From Candidatus Woesearchaeota archaeon (lineage in GTDB: Archaea; Nanobdellota; Nanobdellia; Pacearchaeales; GW2011-AR1): 64,000 nt of DNA. Positions 55,678 to 64,000 of this stretch are shown one piece after another (positions within the stretch are counted from its first letter, which is position 1; every line of letters starts with the position of its first letter). The translations under genes and the position numbers were made by a program. Location: contig CAYXTT010000001.1 in NCBI GenBank assembly GCA_964468545.1, positions 1,894-65,893 on the forward strand, read 5' to 3'. Under the pieces are notes generated by a model that was given only the letters and a program-made list of their open reading frames with translations, searched no databases and had not been told where the DNA came from.

Positions 55678-56832
55678 ATGAAGAGGATTACTATTTTAAA
55701 ACTCATAATATTTATTTCCTTATCCACAAACATCATTTCTGCAGGTGGCGTAGGTATTACTCCTGTACACTACAAAGAATTTTTCGAACCTGGTCTGCAA
55801 AAATCATTCGAATTTCAATCTTTCAACACAGACCCAACCAAAGGAGTACAAGTTTACATAAAAGGAGACCTCGCAAATTACACAAATCTAAGCGAAACTT
55901 ACTTCATCGGCTCAGGAAAATTTATAGTAACAATAAAACTCCCGCAAAAAATAGACAAACCCGGAACACACCAAATAATCGTCGGGGCAATAGAAGCAAA
56001 AGAAAACGGAAAAACGACTATAGGTGGAATCGCCGCAATTCAGGGAAGAATTGATATTCTCGTTCCCTACCCAGGAAAATACGCCGAAGCGACATTTGAA
56101 ATAAATAATATCAACGAAGGGGAAGAAGCAAACTGTAAACTAGAAATTCAAAACCTCGGAACCGAAGAAATCTCCATAAATCCAAAAATAGAAATATACA
56201 AAGAAAATAAATCCAACAACCTACTAACCAAAATTCTAAACAGAACAACACTCGAACCAAAACACACAACAACTTTAATAGAAATCCTAAAGACACAAAA
56301 TCTCCCCCCAGGAGAATATCAAGCAACAGCGACGGTAAATTATGGACCAATAATAGAAACAAACAAAACATTTCGAATCGGCGAATTCTTAGTAGAGATA
56401 ACAGACTACGACTATCTCTTCGAAAAAGGAAAAATAAATAAATTTAATATCGAAATAAAAAATAAATGGAACAGTAAAATAAATGAAATATTCGCAGAAG
56501 TTTCAATCACTGATAACGGCAAATTTATAACAGGTTTCAAAACAGTATCAACAAACACTGCCCCGTGGGAAATCAAAAATCTTACAGGATACCTCGACAC
56601 GACAAACTTCGAAACCAAAAGATATATTGCGAACATAATGCTCTCCTACGACAACGAAACAACAAGCAAACTGGTAGCAATTTACATCAAAAAACCTGTC
56701 GGAAAAATAAACTACTTGCTATACATAACAATCATCACGGGAATCACCGTCGGAATCATACTAATTTATCTACTTAAAAAAATAAGACAGTTAAAAAAAC
56801 TTGCAAAAAAACGAAATGGAAAACGAAATTAA
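55678..56832 (+). CDS. Secreted Ig-like protein with C-terminal TM anchor
   Basis: GVGITP, IQNLGTE, PGEYQATATVNY, C-terminal TM. Confidence 0.65.
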   Translation: MKRITILKLIIFISLSTNIISAGGVGITPVHYKEFFEPGLQKSFEFQSFNTDPTKGVQVYIKGDLANYTNLSETYFIGSGKFIVTIKLPQKIDKPGTHQIIVGAIEAKENGKTTIGGIAAIQGRIDILVPYPGKYAEATFEINNINEGEEANCKLEIQNLGTEEISINPKIEIYKENKSNNLLTKILNRTTLEPKHTTTLIEILKTQNLPPGEYQATATVNYGPIIETNKTFRIGEFLVEITDYDYLFEKGKINKFNIEIKNKWNSKINEIFAEVSITDNGKFITGFKTVSTNTAPWEIKNLTGYLDTTNFETKRYIANIMLSYDNETTSKLVAIYIKKPVGKINYLLYITIITGITVGIILIYLLKKIRQLKKLAKKRNGKRN

Positions 56833-57214
56833 ATATATAATCATCTTTTTCGCTCTCGCCTTTACTATCCCATTCATTCTTAGCTACAACTCACAAACAG
56901 AAAAAACAATAATAAAAACCAGCTTCCTCGTGGGCAACAAACCCGGCTTCGACCTAAACCCAAACGAGCTAACCTTTGGACGAATCACTCCAAACAGCAG
57001 TGCCTCTCGAGCCATCGCAATAACAAACAGCGACGACAAACCCAAAAAAATCTCCATCAAATCATCGGGAGAAATAACAAAATATATAATCGCATCCGAA
57101 AACAATTTCTTTCTAAATCCAAATGAAACCAAAAACATGACATTCTCCGTCTATTCAACCAACCTAACCAAATTCAAAAAATATTCTGGAAAAATAATAA
57201 TCCTCTCAAAATAA
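56816..57214 (+). CDS. Hypothetical exported Ig-like protein
   Basis: TM followed by GFDLN..LTFGRI.P; start placed at MENEIK. Confidence 0.55.
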   Translation: MENEIKYIIIFFALAFTIPFILSYNSQTEKTIIKTSFLVGNKPGFDLNPNELTFGRITPNSSASRAIAITNSDDKPKKISIKSSGEITKYIIASENNFFLNPNETKNMTFSVYSTNLTKFKKYSGKIIILSK

Positions 57215-57218
57215 AATA

Positions 57219-58142
57219 TTACGGCACAACTTTAAATCTTAAATTATATAAAACCCATAAAATGCTAAAAAGAAAAACGGCAACAAGCAAAAAATAAAAC
57301 GTTAAATCAATAGTCACTTGCTTGGAAATTTTATTCACCAAACTATTAAATGATTCCCCCATCTCATTAATATCATTAACCCTAAAAAATTGCCCACCAC
57401 TATTGAAAGCCAACGACTTCAAAAAATCCTCATCAGATTTTGAAATAGTATTAAAATTTGTCACACCTCCTTCAATAGTTCCAACCGCAATCGTATTCAC
57501 CATTAAATTATTCGTATTCATATACCTTATAATTCTCGGGGCATCCTCGACATTCAACTGTCCATCACTAATTAAAATAACAGATTTCATCTGCTCTTTC
57601 CCAAAAAGTTTGTTAGCACTAACAACAGCATTATAAACATTCGTTCCCTGAACGCTTCCAAAAGTCAATTCATCCAAAGCCATCTTCGCTTTTAATTTGG
57701 AACTATCTAACTCCTGATAAACCAACGCATCCCCGGAAAAACCAATAACACCAATCTCAACCCCAACTGGCAATAAATCAACAAAATTTTTAGCTTCAAT
57801 AATTGCAGCGCCCAATCGATTCGGAGAAACATCAATAGCACTCATACTCTCCGAAGTATCAACAACAATAACAAACGAAAAAGCACTACTACTGGCATCA
57901 AAAGAAATAGAGGTCCCAGCCAACGAAAAAATCAATAAAACCAAAATAATTAAATTAATATAAAGAGCCAAAAAATTTTTAGAAAAAAATTCAATATCAT
58001 AAAATCTTTCCATAGCTGCAAAATTACCAAATACCACGGCCTTCTTTTTATTATATATTAAGCCAAAAAAATATATGAAAACAAAAAATGGAAATAACAA
58101 AAACAAAAACAAAAACCTAGGATAAAGAAACAAAAACTGCAT
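57219..58142 (-). CDS. vWA domain protein (BatA-like)
   Basis: BatA-type N-terminal TM; MIDAS DTSESM, GTN, ISDG. Confidence 0.85.
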   Translation of the reverse strand: MQFLFLYPRFLFLFLLFPFFVFIYFFGLIYNKKKAVVFGNFAAMERFYDIEFFSKNFLALYINLIILVLLIFSLAGTSISFDASSSAFSFVIVVDTSESMSAIDVSPNRLGAAIIEAKNFVDLLPVGVEIGVIGFSGDALVYQELDSSKLKAKMALDELTFGSVQGTNVYNAVVSANKLFGKEQMKSVILISDGQLNVEDAPRIIRYMNTNNLMVNTIAVGTIEGGVTNFNTISKSDEDFLKSLAFNSGGQFFRVNDINEMGESFNSLVNKISKQVTIDLTFYFLLVAVFLFSILWVLYNLRFKVVP

Positions 58143-58243
58143 CACCACACACTCCCACTTCTCAATTCCTCAATCACCGACAAACAAAACAATCGACGAA
58201 CAAAACAATCGACGAACTCAAAACATAAAATTTCTAATCTCAT
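58142..58243 (-). CDS. Bridging mini-ORF (33 aa), DUF58 to vWA, containing a 16-bp tandem repeat
   Basis: MRLEILCFEFVDCFVRRLFCLSVIEELRSGSVW*; ATGA at start, TGATG at end; AACAAAACAATCGACG x2 at 58183-58214. Confidence 0.4.
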   Translation of the reverse strand: MRLEILCFEFVDCFVRRLFCLSVIEELRSGSVW

Positions 58244-59199
58244 ATCCTGCCTCCCTTATCGGCCCGAAACTTCAAAAAAGCAATAGTCGGGATAACAAAA
58301 GATTTATTCGTCATCAATTCCAACAAATCAATCCGTGATTTTTTAAATATCTCCTTCACCTTCCCTTTTTGTCTAATAACTGCAGCCCTATACCTCTCAA
58401 CCGCAATCTCTGGATCTAAAATCATTTGCCTTTTAGAATAAGGATCCTGCAATGCAAATTGATATTTCGTCCTTGGTAAATTCTCGTCTAACTCATCCCT
58501 TGTCATAATCGCAAAAGTTTCAAACTGAGTACCTATCAAACGAAGTCTTCGTGCACTATTCTCATTCATCTTAATAAAATCAGAAACTAAAACAAAAACT
58601 GTATACGGAGTTTTAACATAATTAAGAACACTATCAATCGCAACTTTTAAATCAAAACCACCACCATAAAGACCTGTATCAGAAAGATATTTCATAAAAA
58701 GTGCAAATTGATTCTTACTATTCGATGGATGCAAAAATTTAACAATCTTATCGCTAAACATTACAAGTCCAATTCTATCACCAGAAGTCATAATCAAATG
58801 ACTCAACGCACAAACAATCTCTATCGCATATTCTGCCTTCAACTTATCTCTCGAACCAAAAAGCATACTACTACTAACATCAACAAGAAAATAAACACTC
58901 AAATCCCTCTCTTCAACATATTTTTTCGCCAAAAGACTATTGGCTCGCAACGACGCCTTCCAATCAATCATACTAGCATCATCAGATGATTCAAATTGCC
59001 TATAAGAATCAAACTCTAAACCCCTCCCTCTAAACAATATATTATACAAAATCTTCTTTATAGGAAATCTACGCAACGCCGATTCAAATTCAGCAATAGC
59101 CCCTGGAACATCAACATTAAATTTAGCCCCTTTTGGAATTTTTAAATCCGGGGGCGTATCACCTGCAACTTTATAACTCTCAACATCTCTATCTTTCAT
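58240..59199 (-). CDS. DUF58 family protein
   Basis: GRGLEFDSYR..DD...IDWKASLR, VDVSSSM, VSDF. Confidence 0.88.
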   Translation of the reverse strand: MKDRDVESYKVAGDTPPDLKIPKGAKFNVDVPGAIAEFESALRRFPIKKILYNILFRGRGLEFDSYRQFESSDDASMIDWKASLRANSLLAKKYVEERDLSVYFLVDVSSSMLFGSRDKLKAEYAIEIVCALSHLIMTSGDRIGLVMFSDKIVKFLHPSNSKNQFALFMKYLSDTGLYGGGFDLKVAIDSVLNYVKTPYTVFVLVSDFIKMNENSARRLRLIGTQFETFAIMTRDELDENLPRTKYQFALQDPYSKRQMILDPEIAVERYRAAVIRQKGKVKEIFKKSRIDLLELMTNKSFVIPTIAFLKFRADKGGRI

Positions 59200-60185
59200 T
59201 ACGGAACATTGACTCTACCAAGAATATGTTTAATAATCTGATCCGTAGTAACCTTCTCGGCTTCGGCTTCATAATTTAAAATAATTCTATGTCTTAAAAC
59301 ATGATAAGCAACAGATTGAACATCGGACGGAGTAACATAATTCCTGCCATTCATTAATGCCTCAGCTTTGGCAGCAATATACATAGCGATAGAAGCCCTT
59401 GGAGAACCACCATAAGATATATATTTTGAATACTCTGAATTTTTACTTCGCGTCTCATCGGCAATCTTAACAATATATTCTTCAATCGCTTTCGAAGCAA
59501 AAATCTGCTTAACCATCTCTTGCAACTTAAGAATCAAAGTCGGCGACAAAACACTCTTCAAATTATACTGCTCAAATAATTTTGTCGTCACATTTTTACT
59601 CAAAATATCTTTCTCTTCATCATGTTCTGGATAGCCAATCAATAATTTAAACAAAAATCTATCTATCTGTGCCTCAGGAAGAGAATAAACCCCGCTCACT
59701 TCTAATGGATTCTCTGTAGCTATAACAAAAAACGGACTAGGTAAATCATACGTCTTCCGAGAAATCGTGACCCGCTTTTCCTGCATCGCCTCCAACAAAG
59801 CCGACTGAGTCTTCGACGGACTACGATTAATTTCATCAGCTAAAACAAAATTTGTAAAAATAGGACCCTTCAAAATTTCAAAACCCTTTTTCGAATCATA
59901 ACTCATAATACCAGTAATGTCCGTCGGCAAAAGATCAACAGTAAACTGAATTCTTTTCGAATCACAACCAAGAACTTTGGCCATAGCTCTAACAATTACA
60001 GTTTTAGCAACCCCAGGAACACCTTCGATTAAAACATGCCCATCACAAATAATAGCACACAAAATCCCATGAATTATATCCTTTTGCCCAACAATAATCT
60101 TAGACATCTCTTCTTCAACTTGAGCAAACATACGCTTTGCATCAGCAACACCAGAAAGCTTCCGACCATCACCTTCTTTTTTCAT
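59199..60185 (-). CDS. moxR: MoxR family AAA+ ATPase
   Basis: GHVLIEGVPGVAKT, RIQFTVDLLPTDITG, ADEINR, QSALLEAMQE, LPEAQIDRF. Confidence 0.93.
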   Translation of the reverse strand: MKKEGDGRKLSGVADAKRMFAQVEEEMSKIIVGQKDIIHGILCAIICDGHVLIEGVPGVAKTVIVRAMAKVLGCDSKRIQFTVDLLPTDITGIMSYDSKKGFEILKGPIFTNFVLADEINRSPSKTQSALLEAMQEKRVTISRKTYDLPSPFFVIATENPLEVSGVYSLPEAQIDRFLFKLLIGYPEHDEEKDILSKNVTTKLFEQYNLKSVLSPTLILKLQEMVKQIFASKAIEEYIVKIADETRSKNSEYSKYISYGGSPRASIAMYIAAKAEALMNGRNYVTPSDVQSVAYHVLRHRIILNYEAEAEKVTTDQIIKHILGRVNVP

Positions 60186-60218
60186 CACAAAAACTTCCAA
60201 CCTCCGACATCTCTTCTA

Positions 60219-63200
60219 TCATTGTAATTCATTCACTTTATATTTATTAAACCTTATCCTTTTATAGACATAAAAAATAAATCCTAAAACAAAAACAACC
60301 AATGTTAAAAAGGAAATATAATAAAAATTGTCCCTAACGAGCCCAATAATAGGATATTTAATTTGCTCATTAGAAGCAATCGCCTCCCGACAAGCATCTT
60401 GAGCCTCTCTCGCTAAATTCAAAGCAGTCGAAAAATCTCCAGAATTAAATGCCTCCCTAGCCTGATTAAGCAATTCGGTTAATTCCAAACACTGTGGATT
60501 CTCTGAAATAAGCTTCTCTGTAAAAATCAAAATATTATCTGCCTCTGTCTCATTAATTTTTTTCAATTCAATAAAAAAATATCCCCAATCAGTAAGTTTG
60601 GGAGAAGCCACGTTCGCAAAAATCGTCGCCCTATACTTACCAGCTTTATGAGTATCAACAAAAATTTTCATAGAATAATCTTTCTTTTCACCAACTCTCA
60701 ATATTGGAATAAAGGTATCATTAACTTCAACTCTAATATTATCAGAAAACTGCCCATCGTAAAGAATCTCACTCGTCAAACTAATCCCATTCAAATCAAC
60801 TGTCCCAGCATTTTGTAAACTAAAAGGAACCTCAATATAATTCTCATCAGAAATAATCACATCTTGAGGAACAACAATCCTCAAAGAAAAATACTTCAGA
60901 CGAGTACTCGACCCGCCACTCGTAGGAGTAGGAACCGTGGTTTCCGTAACCGTCGGCGCAGTAAAAGTAAGTTTAAAATTATTAGACGTAGCACTCGTCA
61001 AACTTGAATTATCAACAAAGCTAATATCTAACGCCGTAACATTTACCAATTCAGAAAATGCAGTATTATATCCAGTACTAAAAACCAATCCCCAATTATT
61101 ATAAGAAATATTTGCGGGAATTTTAACACTATTTGCATCAATATTGCTCGACGATACATTCGATAAAATAGTCAGATTCACACTCTGAAGATAATAACTA
61201 TCGTCAGAATCCACATCAGAAAAATAATTACCCAAATCATAACTAATATCCTGATCATAATTCGCTTGAGAATTTCCAATTGCCGACACGAAAACAATTG
61301 GCGCATTAGTATGACTAATATTCAACTTAAAACTAAAATTACTAACAACCGACAATCTCTGGCTGGAATTTAGCGTCGTAACATTTGGATAAACAACAAC
61401 CGTCAAATTTTTATAATTTCTGTAACTCTCGTCGGTAAAATTCGGAGTAAATACCCAGCCGAAAACACTTCCGTCGCCAAAAGAACTAGTCATATTTCTA
61501 AACACTAAATTTTCATAACTACAATCAGAACTATTTTGATAACCACAACTAATAGAATCAATCCAAAACTCATAGGTCAAATTATCACCAACAGAATGAC
61601 TAATTGTAAAATTCAAAACACCGGTAATATTCTCAGTCAAATTAAAAACACTCCCAGAAATTGGCGACACAAGAGTTGCATTCCCATAAATATAAATGTA
61701 AAAAGTTTCAACATCAGTCATTCCATCAGAATCATTAACCGTAACATTATATCCCCAAATCCCCGCATAAGATTCGTTAAAACTCAAATTAAACTCAATC
61801 CTCCCCGTCTCATTCCCAATGCTTAAATTCGGAGCACTCACATTTAATCGCTCAATAAAAAAACTCAAATTAATCCCATTATAATCATCCTCATTATCCG
61901 TCGCTGTCACGCTAAAATCAACATAATCATTTATCGTAACAGAAACATTATCGATAGAATCTAAAACCGGCGCCTCAAGACTCGCACTAATATTCAAATA
62001 AAAACTCCTGCCAACAGGAACACCAAAACTATCACTAATATTAACAAAAATTAAATAATCGCCGACATGAGAAATATTTGGAGTAAAAGTCGCATTATAA
62101 GAAACACTCTGACTACTCGGATTTCCAAACTCGACAAACGAAAAATTAAACAAATCCTCACTACCTCCAGTAAGATTAGTAACAATAATTCCGACATTTA
62201 ACGACTCATTATAATAACTCCTCTGCGCAGAAGGAATCAAAAAATCGTCATCATTAATTATTAAAATAAAGGTCGTCGCATTATTTTCAGATACTAAAAC
62301 AGTCGAACCATTACTAATCGTCGTCGAATTATCTGACCTATAAAAATCATATATAACCGGAGTATCGTCGACATTATCTATGGTAAAATTAAATTGATGA
62401 GTCACGTTCACATTGCCATCACTCGCATAAACCGTTATGCCATGATAACCAACATCAACATCACCGGGGGTAAAATTAATCACCCAACTCCCACTGGAAT
62501 TACTCAAATTGAAATCATTAAATTGCGTATAATTAACATAATAAAAAGTTATATTCTCACCATCAGCGTCGCTAACATATCCATCGCTCAAATTAATCCC
62601 GCCCCAACTTGAATTATCCTCTTCTATTGAAAAATTATAAATCGCACTGCTATTCCAAACAGGAAAATTATTACTATTATCAAAAATCATACTAAACACC
62701 GTCCAATTATAATTACCTGCCGTATCAACAACACTAATATTAATCGTCACATTCTCGCCACTAACAAGACCAGAACGATTCATAGCATCCCAATCAACAT
62801 AAGCCGTCACAACACGATGATTAGTATTCCCATCTTCCTGTAAATTACTCAAGCTACTAACCCTCGACCCACCAACATTCCTAAAATAAACAAACGCACT
62901 ATTATTAGAACTAAAATTTAATCTCTCATCCTCCACCGACGACTGAGAATCAGAAACCAAAAAATCGTCGTCGTAAGCGGTAATACCCTTAGTAATATTC
63001 TCAAACGCCCAAAAATCAGCAACATCGTCAACATAAACTAAATCCTCAATATTATTCACGAAAAAAGAAAAACTCTCCCAACCAATAGTGTTTATCGAAC
63101 CTGTATCGGTCACGCTAATATTCACAGACCAATTACCGACAGCAGAATCGTTCAAAACAAAAGTTACATTCGCCGACGCATTACACTGCCCCACACCAGA

Positions 63201-64000
63201 ACAAATATAAACATAACTTTTTGTAGAATCATTAAAGGTAAACTGAGCCAAACCAGAACTAATCGCAAAAGTCAAATTATTACTCTCGTCAATATCCGTC
63301 GCATTAACCCAGCAGCTCATAACCTCATCCTCAACCATATCTCGATTATTATCACACGCAAAAGTTACATTCGGAGCATCATTAACATTCACTACTTCAA
63401 ACGTCACATTTATTCCGGTCTGAGCATCATAAGAATCATTCATCCAAAAACTAACATTATAATATCCCACATAATCATTCGCCAAAGTAAAATTCAAAAT
63501 CATCGACTTATTATTGCTACCAAGAGACAAATTCAACAAATCATTACAATCTGTCGCACTCAAAGTAGAATTGCACCAACTAATATTATAATCAAAACTA
63601 AGCGGATAACCGTCGCTGTAATTCACCTCACCCTCCTCATCCGTCGCATTATACTGTCGAATCAAATTAACAGAACTCTCATTAAATTGATAAGAACCAC
63701 CATCAACAAGCTCCGTAAAAACAGGAGCGTCATTAACCGAAGAAATATTAAAAACAAAAGGACCAACGCTCCCAGCCTTTGAAGGATCAACGACGCTCAC
63801 TGAAATATTAAAAATTCCCGATTGAGAATTATTTGTAGAATTAATTTTCATCATTCCCGAAGAAGAATTTAAACTTATCCACGGAAATAACAACTCCAAA
63901 TTAGAATTCGAAGAATTATAATTATTAATTGAATAAAAAGAAAAAACCATCCCCAATACAGAATTCGTAACATTCGCACTAAAATTATAAAAAAACGGCG
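60219..64000 (-). CDS. Very large surface protein with cadherin/Ig-like repeats and C-terminal TM; 5' end lies outside the window
   Basis: Repeated VNDAP / D.DG..LTF motifs, many N-x-S/T sequons, T/S linker, TM; frame open to the window edge. Confidence 0.8.
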   Translation of the reverse strand, partial: PFFYNFSANVTNSVLGMVFSFYSINNYNSSNSNLELLFPWISLNSSSGMMKINSTNNSQSGIFNISVSVVDPSKAGSVGPFVFNISSVNDAPVFTELVDGGSYQFNESSVNLIRQYNATDEEGEVNYSDGYPLSFDYNISWCNSTLSATDCNDLLNLSLGSNNKSMILNFTLANDYVGYYNVSFWMNDSYDAQTGINVTFEVVNVNDAPNVTFACDNNRDMVEDEVMSCWVNATDIDESNNLTFAISSGLAQFTFNDSTKSYVYICSGVGQCNASANVTFVLNDSAVGNWSVNISVTDTGSINTIGWESFSFFVNNIEDLVYVDDVADFWAFENITKGITAYDDDFLVSDSQSSVEDERLNFSSNNSAFVYFRNVGGSRVSSLSNLQEDGNTNHRVVTAYVDWDAMNRSGLVSGENVTINISVVDTAGNYNWTVFSMIFDNSNNFPVWNSSAIYNFSIEEDNSSWGGINLSDGYVSDADGENITFYYVNYTQFNDFNLSNSSGSWVINFTPGDVDVGYHGITVYASDGNVNVTHQFNFTIDNVDDTPVIYDFYRSDNSTTISNGSTVLVSENNATTFILIINDDDFLIPSAQRSYYNESLNVGIIVTNLTGGSEDLFNFSFVEFGNPSSQSVSYNATFTPNISHVGDYLIFVNISDSFGVPVGRSFYLNISASLEAPVLDSIDNVSVTINDYVDFSVTATDNEDDYNGINLSFFIERLNVSAPNLSIGNETGRIEFNLSFNESYAGIWGYNVTVNDSDGMTDVETFYIYIYGNATLVSPISGSVFNLTENITGVLNFTISHSVGDNLTYEFWIDSISCGYQNSSDCSYENLVFRNMTSSFGDGSVFGWVFTPNFTDESYRNYKNLTVVVYPNVTTLNSSQRLSVVSNFSFKLNISHTNAPIVFVSAIGNSQANYDQDISYDLGNYFSDVDSDDSYYLQSVNLTILSNVSSSNIDANSVKIPANISYNNWGLVFSTGYNTAFSELVNVTALDISFVDNSSLTSATSNNFKLTFTAPTVTETTVPTPTSGGSSTRLKYFSLRIVVPQDVIISDENYIEVPFSLQNAGTVDLNGISLTSEILYDGQFSDNIRVEVNDTFIPILRVGEKKDYSMKIFVDTHKAGKYRATIFANVASPKLTDWGYFFIELKKINETEADNILIFTEKLISENPQCLELTELLNQAREAFNSGDFSTALNLAREAQDACREAIASNEQIKYPIIGLVRDNFYYISFLTLVVFVLGFIFYVYKRIRFNKYKVNELQ

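Overview
Chromosomal core region of a DPANN archaeon, most likely Pacearchaeota (inferred from the fused RpoA'/A'', single RpoB, archaeal DnaG, aEF-1a/aEF-2, Alba, Lsm and EndA), using the standard code 11. It contains a partial SMC, DNA-repair genes, a MacB-type ABC/S-layer locus, the rpoH-rpoB-rpoA-rpl30e-nusA / rps12-rps7 / EF-2 / EF-1a cluster, a ~12 kb NrdR-linked dNTP/thymidylate cluster rich in fused enzymes, an RFC operon with insertions, five tRNAs, and a MoxR-DUF58-vWA operon with a giant surface protein. I found no CRISPR array, transposase or integrase. Main observations: (1) at least seven promoter-less operon spacers are unannotated mini-ORFs that begin at an ATGA overlap with the upstream stop and end at the downstream start, and several have the AUG in a stem-loop followed by four copies of a 7-mer, suggesting a translational relay; (2) a dispersed 10-mer/7-mer tandem-repeat family that also sits in-frame inside enzymes; (3) a condensin-type SMC head joined to a Rad50-type zinc hook with no visible hinge; (4) the RNAP catalytic motif reads GADFDGD instead of NADFDGD; (5) two dCTP-deaminase paralogues fused to a kinase and to a Nudix domain, and a split NrdD; (6) small accessory genes flanked by duplications of the neighbouring gene end or promoter. 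All family assignments come from motif recognition by eye; no database searches were run.
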